DNA of 64,000 bases from the NCBI GenBank assembly GCA_026023565.1, contig JAPETS010000001.1, forward strand, positions 620,001-684,000. The letters are read 5' to 3'. Shown here piece by piece: positions 26,069 through 37,672 of this stretch (within the stretch, counting starts at the first letter, position 1; the number at the start of each line of letters is the position of its first letter). The notes beneath the pieces were generated by a model that was not told the origin of the DNA, searched no databases, and saw only the letters and a program-made list of their open reading frames with translations. The position numbers and the translations under genes were made by a program. Origin of the DNA: Cirrosporium novae-zelandiae (Eukaryota).

Positions 26069-27590
26069 ATGGTGAACATTACAGATAAGATCAAGGAGTA
26101 TGTATGCTGGATCATTGTTACAGCATCATTTGTTAACAATTGAGTAGGATAGAGGAGGAGATGAAGAGGACGCAAAGTATATTCTCTATTGAAATTGAAA
26201 TTACATGGATGGCGCTGATGCGTTCTAGAAAACAAGGCTACTGGTGGGCGTACACTAGAATTTATATGGATCAATATTAATTACGGCCTTTAGAATATCA
26301 CCTTGGCCTTCTAAAAGGGTAATATAGTTGCTTCCAAACCTTTTATTTTATTTAAATCCAGTTCTAATACTTGTACAGAAAACTCGCAAGATTGAGAGCT
26401 CAGCTTCTTGAGCCTGCCCCTGGGGCTGGTTCAGGTGGAGGTTCAGGCTTTGATGTCAGCAAAAGTGGTGATGCCAGAATCGCCCTTGTGGGCTTCCCTT
26501 CGGTGGGCAAGTCGACGTTTCTATCCAAGATTACCAAAACCAAAAGTGAAGTTGCAGCCTACTCTTTCACTACTCTGACTGCTATCCCTGGTGTCCTGGA
26601 GTATGCCGGTGCCGAAATTCAGGTCTTGGATTTGCCAGGTATCATTGAGGGAGCCGCAGAGGGAAAGGGGAGAGGAAGACAGGTCATTTCTGCTGCAAAG
26701 GTAGCGTATTGCCTTGCTTAGAATATTATCCATGCTGTTGCTGATAAGGATTAGACAAGTGACATGATTTTGATGGTTCTTGATGCTACGAAAAGAGCAG
26801 AGCAACGGGCGCTGCTTGAAGCTGAACTAGAATCTGTCGGGATCAGACTGAATAGAGAACCGCCGTAAGTATTTCTGAAGTTGCACTATTCATGGCCAAT
26901 GCTAATCAAATTAGGAATATATATCTAAAGCCAAAGAAAGCAGGAGGTATGAAAATTACTTTTCAGGCAACCCCAAAGTATTTAGATGAAAAAATGCTTT
27001 ATAATATCTTGCGTGACTACAAGATATTGAATTGCGAGGTACTCGTTCGAGATGAAAATGGTTTGCCATATGCGTCATCTTCCAGATATAGTCTTACTGA
27101 TTCTGCTTAGCAACTGTGGATGATTTCATCGACATCATCATGAAGGATCACCGCAAATATATCAAGTGTCTTTATGTCTACAACAAAATTGATGGTGTAA
27201 GCTTGGATTTTCTTGATCAGCTAGCGAGGGAACCCAATACAGCCGTCATGAGCTGCGAGCTAGACCTTGGTATCCAAGACGTGGTTGAGAAATGCTGGGA
27301 GATGCTCCAGCTTATGCGAGTATATACCAAGAGGTGAGTCTTGTTGGTAGAATAGTGATGATTCCGCTAATACTTTGAATAGAAAAGGGTACGACCCCGA
27401 CTTTAGCGATGCATTGATTGTACGTAACAAATCAACAATAGAGGATGTTTGCGATCAGGTACATCGAACCCTAAAGGAGACATTCAAGTATGGATTAGTA
27501 TGGGGAGCAAGCGCTAGACATATACCACAGCGTGTAGGGTTGAGCCATGTTGTTGCGGATGAGGATGTTGTCTCCATTATAGCTAAATAG
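26069..27590 (+). CDS. RBG2: DRG-family GTPase Rbg2/DRG2; 9 exons (introns 26098-26147, 26177-26228, 26244-26293, 26319-26378, 26701-26754, 26865-26914, 27061-27110, 27334-27382)
   Basis: Spliced N-terminus [49 protein letters not shown]-loop, [14 protein letters not shown] and C-terminal TGS domain. Confidence 0.93.
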
Positions 27591-27824
27591 TAAACTAGCC
27601 TCCCCGCAGCTTAAGCTAGCAGTTCGTTATCGCCTTAGGGTAGACGCTTTGATAGAGAAATAAAACATCCAATACCTTGATTTTACTCTCTTCATAATTA
27701 TTCTTTTAGTCTTTTACCATGCTTGAATTAATGTTAATTGATTGAATAAAAAACCTATTGGAGATAATTATATATTTTTATTTATTTATTTGCTACCTAG
27801 ATATATTCTCTCCTTTAAGCATAT

Positions 27825-27844
27825 AGAAGCTTCGCGAAGCTTCC
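27825..27844. promoter_or_regulatory. Perfect 4-unit heat shock element (nGAAnnTTCnnGAAnnTTCn) upstream of SIS1
   Basis: aGAAgcTTCgcGAAgcTTCc about 480 bp upstream of the SIS1 ATG; SIS1 is an established Hsf1 target in fungi. Confidence 0.85.
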
Positions 27845-28323
27845 ACCGGATGATCCCTGCCGCATCATGCGTCACTGCCACTGAATGCCAACTTGGCCAA
27901 CGGCAGTGGGGCTCAATCCCTCTGTTTCCTGGCTTTTCCATTCCTTGCCCTTCGAGAATCATGAAAGCCGTCTCCAATTAGTCTACTTGAACTCCCTATC
28001 TAAGCTCCTTCAAAGAAGGAGTCCACCACCTTCAATTTACTTTTCAACTTTCTTCAAGTCCAGAAGACAATAAGCACGCTGTTCATTCAGCTTCATATTC
28101 AACCTACAATATTTTGAATACCGCCACACAAGTTTCAACTACCTTACTTACAGCCGTTACCAGAAATCATCCCACAATCTTTCCAATTCCTTTCCACGAA
28201 TAAACCTACGGATCGCACTGCATCACACACTTTGAGTCGATCCTACAATCCCTTCCGAATATAATTTCCTCCGTCATTCTATCACGACATCACGCCACTC
28301 TTTAGATCACGCATTCTTCCAAC

Positions 28324-29581
28324 ATGGTCGCCGAGACAAAGCTCTATGATTCTTTGAGTATAAAGCCGGGCGCAACCCAGGAAGAGATTAAGAAAGCATA
28401 CAGGTATGATACTTGTAAATATTTCCATTTGTTTTAATTTTGTCGCAGCCTGGTTCTGATAACAATGTAGAAAAGCCGCCCTGAAATGGCATCCGGACAA
28501 GAACAAAGATAATCCAAATGCCTCTGAGAAATTCAAAGGTAAAGCAATATCACATTCTTTTTTATATACAATTTCTAACTCTTTGTAGAGGTGTCTCAAG
28601 CATACGAAATCTTGTCCGACCCAGAGAAACGGAAGATATACGATCAATATGGCCTTGAATTCCTTCTCCGCGGTGGCACAGAACCTCCCCCAGGTGCAGG
28701 AAGCCCTGGTGGCATGCCGGAAGGATTCCAGGGAATGCCCGGCGGCTTTGAACAATCATTTGGAGGGATGCCTGGAGGAGGTACAAGAACGTTCCGCTTC
28801 TCAACCAATGGTGGCGGTGGTGCTGGATTCGGTTTCAGCAACCCCGAGGAAATCTTTTCCCAATTCTTCAAGTCTGGTGGTGCTGGTATGGAAGATGATA
28901 ATGATGTTTTTTCGGGCATGGGAGGCAATAGTGGTAGAGGATTCCGACCATCTGGTGGTAGAAGTTCACGGCAACGAGCACCCACCCCAGAAGTCACTAC
29001 CGTCGAAAGGCCACTTCCACTTTCTCTAGAGGATCTGTATAAGGGTGTGCACAAAAAGATGAAGATCAAGAGAAAGACGTTTGACGAAAGAACCGGCAAG
29101 AGAACAGTCCAGGATAAAATCTTAGACTTTGACATTAAACCAGGCCTGAAGAAGGGAAGCAAAATAAAGTTTAAGGGTGTAGGGGACGAAGTAGAGGGCG
29201 GAACACAGGATCTGCACTTTATCGTCAGCGAGGTAGGTGACGAACAATTCTATAATTTTAAAAATACTTCACTAACAACATTTACAGAAAGACCATCCAA
29301 CTTTCAAACGGAGCGACAACGATTTAACAGCTATTATCGAGCTTGATCTCAAGGAAGCCCTTACAGGCTGGAAACGCATGATAACAACAATTGACGGTAA
29401 AACAATAGCTGTTTCTGGTGCTGGACCTACTCAACCAGGACATGTTGAAAAATATCCTGGGCTGGGAATGCCCAACAGCAAGAAACCATCTGAACGGGGA
29501 GATCTTCTGGTGGAAATCAAGGTCAAATTCCCTGTGAGTTTGAGTCTTGCACAGAAAAACAAGATTAAGGAAATACTATAA
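28324..29581 (+). CDS. SIS1: Type II Hsp40/DnaJ co-chaperone Sis1/Psi1; introns 28404-28470, 28539-28588, 29233-29287
   Basis: MVAETKLYD, J-domain KWHPDKN, G/F- and G/M-rich linker, DnaJ_C (SLEDLYKG...IKPGLKKGSKIKF...GLGMP); no zinc finger. Confidence 0.92.
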
Positions 29582-29998
29582 GGATAGGAGATAGGTTGGT
29601 GATTTCTTTTTTTTGTATGTTTTGGGATGGCGTCATGGGATGAGTAGACGACGAGCATTACGAAAGTGGATGGATACCATGATTATAACTTTCATAACGA
29701 AGTAATACAAAATATTCTAGGGCACAAAAAATCAACTGCCTATTTTTTCGGAAATATAATGGATATCTACAATTCATGCATGGTATCATTTCAAACAATA
29801 GTCTAGCATTTAGTTTGTAGCTTTTTTACGACCCGCCTGACGACCCGAGGATTCTGTAAAGCTTTTACTTTAACATTTTATTTGATATCAAATAGCCCAG
29901 ATATTATCTCAAATCGAGATAAACAGCTATTATCGACGCTATTGTACATTTTCCCCGGTTGGAGGAGAGTTTTGAAGTCATCTTCACTAAAAGCAATT

Positions 29999-31642
29999 AT
30001 GAGACAACGCATTACATTTATACATGATTCGGATGCCGATTTCAGCACCAAACAACTTCAGACTTTCCATGGGGGATTGAAAGTCGACAAAGTGAAAGCT
30101 TCCCGTGAAGATCGACTTACATTTGGCTTCCAGGAACTTCCCCAAGAGGTTTGAATTCTGGCGTAAAGGGTAAGGCCAATCACCAGCTAATGGGTAATTG
30201 ATAGCTTTGGACCGTTTTGAAGCAATGCCACGAAATCCATATTAGATGGATATCAACCGATCCATATCACTCTACCTCTCCATTTGTTTCCCGACTTTCC
30301 CCAGGTCTTCATATTCTCTTTACACCGCAGCAGGGCCATTCCAATGAACTGCTATGCCCGCTATTGAAAAAGGTCTTTGGAGACCATTTGAAATGTTCAA
30401 ATCCAGAGGTATGCGTTTACTCTTTTACTCAACATCCCATCTAACGATACTACAGAGCAGCTTTATCGCTCTTCCAATTCTTTCAGAACGATTTGCACAT
30501 TCAGCTGCAACCCAATATTACCAATTGGCACCTTCCCTTGAGGAACTTATAACGTATATCCAACAAAAGATATGCCCCTTATCTGATGAAGAATGCTCCA
30601 CGAGGGCAGACGCACTTCGATCAGTATCTTACCTCGATATCGATTACGATGCTATATCACATGCGTTGACTTTAACCGGTCACTGGGCAAATTCTCCTGA
30701 GAAAGGATGGACTGAAAAATTCCGGAAGGTGGAAGGGTCAGACAGCATTGAGGTTGGTGTACTTACAAACGAGAAATCGATTGATCCGGAAGACATAAAG
30801 TTGGGAGGATGGTTGACCGTGGCAGGAGAGACAGACCCCAGTGGGTTTTTATCACAGATAAAGGTGAATATATGACTGACATGTTTCTAGCTTCTACTTT
30901 GTTCTCTTTCCCATCGCGCCACCACCCCTACTCTGGCGCTTCCTTTGCTGTTTCTTTCCAAACACCCACAGGCCTTCACCCCACCCTTGAAATAACGCTC
31001 CCATCTTCACTAGCATATCCAGGTGAAAAATGTGCCCTTCTTTCATATATCACCTTGCCTTCATACATTTTCGCCGACAAGTATCAGTTCTCAGATGAGC
31101 TATTCTTAGCCTCGAAGAAACTTATGGGTCTCCGGATGATTGCTGGCGAGACAGACCTCGAAGCGCCAGACTGGATGATTGAAAAATGGGGTTCTAGTCT
31201 GCTGGTTGAACTTGCTCTGCCAGAAACCAACGAACCCGAAGCAACGGGCAACTGGACCGCAGAAATACCTCTTCATTTCCGATATCTTTCTCCCGATTCC
31301 GGTGGAACGTCTCACGTCGACTTTCCATGGCCAACAGTCTTCTGGGCCTGTGTGGCAGAGGAAGGGAGTAAAATGCCGGTGAATCCCTTTGACCGGGTCA
31401 ATCTAGGATTCGATGGGCTCTTTGGACCCAAGACGATGTTCTATCACATAGAACCGAATCCAGATCCAGCCACCAACAGTACTTTAATCGAGAAACTCCA
31501 AATCCCGGTTCTGGACTCTGATCGAACGGGGCTGGTTGAAATGGGAACAGTCGCCGTTATTGCCATGGGGTTCCTATGGATCTGCTGGAAGCTGCTCAAA
31601 CCTGTGAAACCACGGAGTATTCCCAAGGAAAAGTTGCAATAA
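29999..31642 (+). CDS. PBN1: GPI mannosyltransferase I subunit Pbn1/PIG-X; introns 30149-30204, 30409-30455, 30841-30890
   Basis: MRQRITF start, TLFSFPSRHH, PTGLHPTL, FADKYQ, GETDLEAPDW, PLHFRY, NPFDRVNLGFDGLFG and a C-terminal TM helix. Confidence 0.9.
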
Positions 31643-32997
31643 TTAGGACCTGATGAGGAAACTTATACCCATATACAAAGAGTGCATGATAAAGGTCGCA
31701 CTAGCAAAGGCGCGCCAACAAAACATGTGAAATAGCCTATATCTACAGCAGCTACTAGAACTATTTTTATTACTTGGTAATAGTATTTATTTCAACTTTT
31801 GGCTGTCCGCGACTTTTTTTTTTTACATAGCTGCTCTCTCTCTCTCTCTCTCTCTCCATAATGGCTCAATCCCCATCTCAACTCTTTTTCCCCAGAAATT
31901 CGAGTTCAAAGCAACTACTTATTTTATGACATTACGCCGAGAATATCACGACTAGGGAGAATGAATATCTTGTACTCTTGTAGTTGCTCACACATAACTA
32001 ATTACCATGAACATGAAAATACTCTACTCACATCTCAATCTTTTACACAACATGGCATTCCACTATCCCACCTCAATCCTAATCTCAATCCCAACCCCAA
32101 TCCTCTTTTTTTTTTTTTTTTAAAAAAAAATTAAAATAAAATTCTATATAAAAGCCCTTGAAAGCCTTCGTAATAACTACATAGCTCACCCATCTATACC
32201 CCCTCCCCATCTTTACTTTACCTCGTCTCCTTAATACCCACATACATACATACATACATACAATACAGAAATTTAGATGGAAAAATATGTCAAGGTTAAT
32301 ATACCACATACCACATACCACATACCCAGCTACTAGCTACTAGCTACTGACGGGATACAGACGAGACGAGACAAGACAAGGACCCCCCGCCCCCCTTTCT
32401 TTCTTTCCTTCCACCTTTCCTAACCTCCCTCCATCTCCATCTCCCTTCACTCTTCTAGGAGAAAAAAACGCCCGCCCATCCATCTATATCTCATCTCTAT
32501 TATAGCATTAAATTCACTCTCACTACCTTAGCCCTAGACTCTTTTTTTTATGTTTTTCATGCTTTCTAGGCAGGAGGATGGGGGGGGGGGGGGCGCTGGT
32601 TAGGAGGTGTGTAGTTTGTAGTGTATAGTGTATAGTGTATAGTGTATAGTGTATGTGTATGTGTATGTGTGTAGTGTGGAGGAGATGTGGAGGAAGTGTG
32701 GAGATGGGGGTGGAAATGGAGGAGGAAGAAGGGGGGGGGTTAGGATAAGAGTTGGTTGGTATCTAGTAGCCATAGCCATAGCCATCCACATCTCTCCCTT
32801 CCCTCTCCCCCTCTCTCTATATAAATAGGATAACATACTATGAGTACCTAGGAATAAATGGTACAATACTTAAAATATTTAAATATTAAAAAAGTAAAAA
32901 AAAAAAAAAAAGGAAGAGTAAACTTCTTTCCTCTTTCCGTTATATATAGCATGCATATACCAGATATACATGAGATATTTCTTTTTTGTCCCCATTC

Positions 32998-33585
32998 AAT
33001 GCCATTCACGCACGTATAGCTAATTATAGCTCCTTCTTCGATGGAGTTAATTACCTAAGGTAGTTTAGTATATGTTTCTTTTTTTCCTTTCCTGTTCTTT
33101 TGCTATTAAAAAAGGTCTTGAGCAGATACCTAGGTAAGTAGGAAGTACAATTTCCACACATAGGGTAATATCTTTCTCCCTTTTTATTCCCCTTCTTTAA
33201 AAGATAAGACCTTCCTTAAAACGTTCTTTGCAAGTAAAGTAGTAATAGAATGCCATTCACGTATGCCTATAGCCCCCCCCTTCTGTTGGAATTAATTACC
33301 TAGGTAGTTTAGTATGTGTATGTATATGCACGCATATTTTTTTCCCATTCCTGTTCCTTTCCCTTTCTTGATGTAAGTACCTAGAGGTAAGTAAAGTAGA
33401 AGTAGTAGTAGTAGTAAAATGCCACTCACGTATAGCCATAGCCTCTCTGTTGGAATTAATTAGTTTAGTATGTGTGTGTATATATCTTTTTTCCCCATTC
33501 CCGTTCCTCTTGAAAAGTTCTTAAGTAAGTAGTAAAATGCCATTCACGCATGGTAATCCTTTCTTCCCTTTTCCTTTATTTCATC
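32998..33585. repeat. Degenerate tandem array of 4 units each starting AATGCCA(T/C)TCACG
   Basis: Unit starts at 32998, 33249, 33418 and 33536; shared internal blocks TGGA(A/G)TTAATTA, TAGTTTAGTAT and TTCC(T/C)GTTC. Confidence 0.8.
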
Positions 33586-33789
33586 TTCATCGTCCCTCCT
33601 TTCTCACCACAACTCCAAATAAATACTTTACTTGACTTATAAACATATTAGTTTCCTCCTACCTAGCCACCCATGCATCCATTCATCCCCTCATTCCTCC
33701 ATCCATTCATAAACAAAAACACCAACAAACAAAAAAGCAACAGGGGATATTTCAAAAGCAAAAACAAAAAAAACATCATCATTTGCACA

Positions 33790-35208
33790 TTAAACAGGAC
33801 CCTGAGATTCGGCATTTGGATCCAGCTGGGGTAGACTTGGAGAAGGCCTTGGGGTTCCGGTGTCCGGGCGAGAAGTGGTTTGGCTTTCGGTGCCACCGAT
33901 GATAGCGACGTGGGGGTCGGGGATTTGGATATCGAGCTGGGGGGGGGTATTGTTAGTTTGGATGTGTGGTTCCATGCAGAGGATTGGGGCGGCCTGTCGA
34001 TAATATAATAGATAATTGCTCAAGGAAACACTTACTGTCAAATACCCTGTTCTCCTTAGTGGAATTACCCTGACCTCGCCTCCTCTTCCAACCCCTCGGT
34101 TCCATTCATCAATCCACTCCTCCAGATCCCTTAATCTCCGTTTCACACCTGTAATCCCAAAGTCCTCCCAGATCCAGCCCGTCAGCATCCCTAGAATAGC
34201 ATCGACCCAATTCCACCATCCCCAGGGATCATACGCTTTCAGGAGTTCTCGGTTTAATTTCCCTATCAGACGACGGAATTCGGTTTCGGGGAGCCAGGGT
34301 TCGAGGATTTCGGGATAGAGGTTGGAGAATGTGGGTGCGAGGTCACCGGCAACCATCCAGTCGCGACGAATTCGGATTATGCGCGTGGATGCATATTCGG
34401 GAGAGTTGAGAGGGACGTGAACGTTTGGGTGTGGGAAGCATGGATGCGAGGGTCCCCATTCGGGATCTGACTCGGAGCCGGGGAGGGGTGGTGGATTCGA
34501 TGTGAGGGTCGAGGTGGTGGTGGCGGTGTGCGGAAGCTGTGAGCGTATGGAACGGGTGGAGGGTTTATGTCCAAGTTCCGGGTCGCGTTTGGGATCAAGG
34601 TATGAAGATGCCGAGATGGGGACCGGAGGATCAGTAGAGTTCGGTCCGGACTTTGCAAACTCTCCCATCTCGAGATTTTCAATTGTAAGGATCGGTGCAA
34701 TATTTGTAGATGCTGTCCAGCTTGTGCGATTGCGAGGAAGGGCGATGCTGGTGCGGCCAGAGGGAACAGAAGAGTCTGGTAGACTACGTTCAACAACAAG
34801 ACTGCTCGGGCTAGGACCACGGCTCTGTCGTTGTTCTGGGAGAGTCAAGAGTGGAATGTCTCGTGGTTCACTATGAATCTGTCGTGAAGAGGAAGGAAAC
34901 CCAATTGGTTGGGCGGTAGCTTCGGGGCGAGGAATATAATCAATTGGATTCCACGGTTGGAAAGGTGTGTTACGACGAGTTGAAGGCCGTGAATTATTAG
35001 AAAAGGGACTACTTCGCAGCGACCGGCGCGCTGGTTCCTGTCGAGGGGTCGTAAGAGGTCGTGGCAGAGTCTGTGGAGATTCTTGTGGTGGTTCTCGTGG
35101 GCGATGAGCGGTAACGGATGTATCGATGGTTAAGTTTCGTACTGGAGCTTTCTCAGCCGCGCGCGATGATATGTGGATTGTTGGTGGTTGATGGGACGAG
35201 GAAGCCGT
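33790..35208 (-). CDS. ERF4: Ras palmitoyltransferase subunit Erf4/Golgin-A7 family; intron 33937-34035. First in-frame ATG at 34668; frame open to 35217 (probable non-AUG start, e.g. ACG at 35208)
   Basis: WGPSHPCFPHPNVHVP, TRIIRIRRDW, DLAPTFSNLYPEIL, GMLTGWIWED and IPLRRTGYLT|LDIQIPDP motifs; GTAAGT...ACTAAC...CAG intron. Confidence 0.88.
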   Translation of the reverse strand, partial: TASSSHQPPTIHISSRAAEKAPVRNLTIDTSVTAHRPREPPQESPQTLPRPLTTPRQEPARRSLRSSPFSNNSRPSTRRNTPFQPWNPIDYIPRPEATAQPIGFPSSSRQIHSEPRDIPLLTLPEQRQSRGPSPSSLVVERSLPDSSVPSGRTSIALPRNRTSWTASTNIAPILTIENLEMGEFAKSGPNSTDPPVPISASSYLDPKRDPELGHKPSTRSIRSQLPHTATTTSTLTSNPPPLPGSESDPEWGPSHPCFPHPNVHVPLNSPEYASTRIIRIRRDWMVAGDLAPTFSNLYPEILEPWLPETEFRRLIGKLNRELLKAYDPWGWWNWVDAILGMLTGWIWEDFGITGVKRRLRDLEEWIDEWNRGVGRGGEVRVIPLRRTGYLTVSVSLSNYLLYYRQAAPILCMEPHIQTNNTPPQLDIQIPDPHVAIIGGTESQTTSRPDTGTPRPSPSLPQLDPNAESQGPV

Positions 35209-35644
35209 GACCGAGGTTCAGGCCGTAGCCTTGGAATCCTTGGCGGATGTGTTGTGGTGGAAAGGGAAAAAGTTATTGTTGATTTTGTTTTCGAGAGTGT
35301 CGAGTGTGTCGAGTTGGTGGTAATGAGGCTGTCGAATAATAATTCTTGAACTTTTAGATTCGCTTTGGAGTGAAAGCGAAAACGAAAGTGAAAGCGACTT
35401 CGGTAAAGGGGCCTGACGACGATGATGATGCAGGGACTCGCACTAGAGATGGACGATGCCGAGAGAAAGACGACGGACGATACTGAAGAGGACAACGACA
35501 ATGGCATCTTCAACTCGACCAACCAACTCCACAACAACTCCACAGCTCAACAATTCGACTTCATAAAGAAGCACAACAGCTGCTGTCAGGTCGGAGAGTT
35601 ATCTAGGTATCTAATATGTTAGTATGGGCCTTGGATATTTTTTT

Positions 35645-35681
<37 letters not shown>

Positions 35682-36507
35682 TTACGGCTTTTGGAACTAG
35701 AGATTCCTTGGCTTTTGATCAGTGGACAAGTAGTCAAGTTAAGTAAAAAGAAAAAAAAGAAAAAAGAAAAAAAAAAAGGTCTTTTCTTTTGAGAAAAGAG
35801 CAGAAAAATAAATGTGCCCAGATGACATCTGCACATATTAATTATTACTTTCCTGTCAACCCTTTTTTTTTTTTTTAAAAAAAAACCCCCCTTGGTACCT
35901 AGGTCATTTTGTCAATCAATCTGGTCTGGGTGGTGTTAAAGATTAAAGCAACAGTATCCCATGGAATGGATCCATCAATCATGATGTTCGGGCCTTTTCC
36001 AAAGGAGCCAAGAAGTGATAATGTTGGATCATGATGCCACTCAAAGTCCGCGGGATTCAGAAGTAAATGAGGCGGGTCTCCAGATCACCTTATCATTGGG
36101 TCAAATAGTGAAGCAAGTGCCACAGAAATATCTGTCCTCGTAATCCAGCATCATCCGAGTGGTCTACTTTGTTCTTCAATCTCATGCTAATAAAACCCCC
36201 TGGTTCCTAACAATTGAACGGACTTGTGGTTGTGCAAAGGAGATTATTGACTTTATTATTTCTCTCTGTAACTACTGTGGTACTTTCTTTGTTCGCCTAA
36301 GACGGAAGCAGGAACCAGACATCATCTAATTGACCGAGAGAAAGAAAGCAATGAAAAAGAAATAAAGGAAATCAAATTAAAAAACATGAAAAAATCATTA
36401 AAAAAAATAAAAAGGTAAAAATTGTTAAGGTTTGGGGAGGTATATCGCTTGGCTCGTTGAACCATGGAGGGCAATTGGGCAGCCCTACATGTTTCGGGTT
36501 GGGGAAA

Positions 36508-36540
<33 letters not shown>

Positions 36541-36903
36541 GGAGCCAATTTCCAACGGGTTTGTCGGTGGTGACGGGGATGACGGTGTCATCGGTGTTAC
36601 TAGTGTCAAATGCTAATTCCCACTTCGCTCCCTTGTATACTTCTTCTGGAATATTCTAGTCTCACACTAATCCCACACTAACTGCACTAGTTGCACACTA
36701 GTATCCTCCAAGCCCCTTCAAGTCTCCCCTTCAAGTTCCCCCTCAGGACAACGGTCAACTTGCACAATACTTTATTCCTTTTTACACTTTGACTTCTAAA
36801 ACAGTTGCGAGAAAAAAATCCTAAAATCCTAAAAAAGAATAAAGGGGGTTCTATTCTTTGACTTTTGCGAGAGACATTCACTATCTTTAAAATCACCTAA
36901 ACT

Positions 36904-36960
36904 AATTCCAATAATTCCAATAATTCCAATAATTCCAATAATTCCAATAATTCCCAATAA
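36904..36960. repeat. (AATTCCAAT)n 9-bp tandem repeat, ~6 units
   Basis: Read directly. Confidence 0.9.
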
Positions 36961-37165
36961 TTAAGAAGCAACAGTAACTAACTCGTAGGGCTACCTCGCT
37001 AGGCTTCTCCCTTCTCCTGTCAATCTCCATGCCCAACGAGCTGGAGGGGCTTTGTACCACCCACACCCACCCCCTCTTCCCCACACTTGCTTTTTTTTTT
37101 TTTTTTTTTAGTAAACACAGATAAATATTTCGTGCTTTGTCACAGTCTACCGTCTTTTCCGACAT

Positions 37166-37672
37166 TTACTGCTTACTAGTTATGCCTGTCTGAGCTGGTA
37201 GAGAATAGAATCCCCAACCGGTCTGGGATGATTCAGTCTCAGTCATACTGGTAGTACTCTCGGTACTGGTAAGCGTAGGACAGTTTGACTTTGTCTCCGT
37301 CGCCGTCACCGTCAAGCACTCAGAAGCAGCACAGTCTAAAGACTGATAGCATCCCGTCAACTCCTCGGTATAAGTGGTAGGACAATTCGGGTTTGGGCAG
37401 GGGAAAGTTGTCGTCATTGTCGTGAAACACGAGGCACACCCAGTTAGTGAGATACACGCGGTATCAACCAGAATACTTGTCGCTGTGAAGCAGGGGCTAG
37501 TCGACAAAGTATCCTGACTATCCTGAGCATTTGGTCTAGCTTGAACGGATCCAATAATACTAGCGGGAGAAGGCATTAGTTTTCCATCTATGAAAAAGAG
37601 ACGGGCACTCAACCAGACCCGAAGTATGCGACAACGATGCCAGTGATAATGACATCGGCCTGGTGGAGACAT
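37166..37672 (-). CDS. Small Cys/Thr-rich, probably secreted protein; probable intron ending at 37560; 5' end possibly frameshifted
   Basis: 10 Cys in a Thr/Ser-rich region with CxTxT and CPT motifs; VQA-RP signal-cleavage-like site just after an ACTAAT...CTAG acceptor. Confidence 0.55.
   Translation of the reverse strand: MSPPGRCHYHWHRCRILRVWLSARLFFIDGKLMPSPASIIGSVQARPNAQDSQDTLSTSPCFTATSILVDTACISLTGCASCFTTMTTTFPCPNPNCPTTYTEELTGCYQSLDCAASECLTVTATETKSNCPTLTSTESTTSMTETESSQTGWGFYSLPAQTGITSKQ

Noticed and set aside
31648..31670. CTGATGAGGAAAC resembling a hammerhead core or box C
   Set aside because: No room for stem II, no stems I/III, and no downstream box D.
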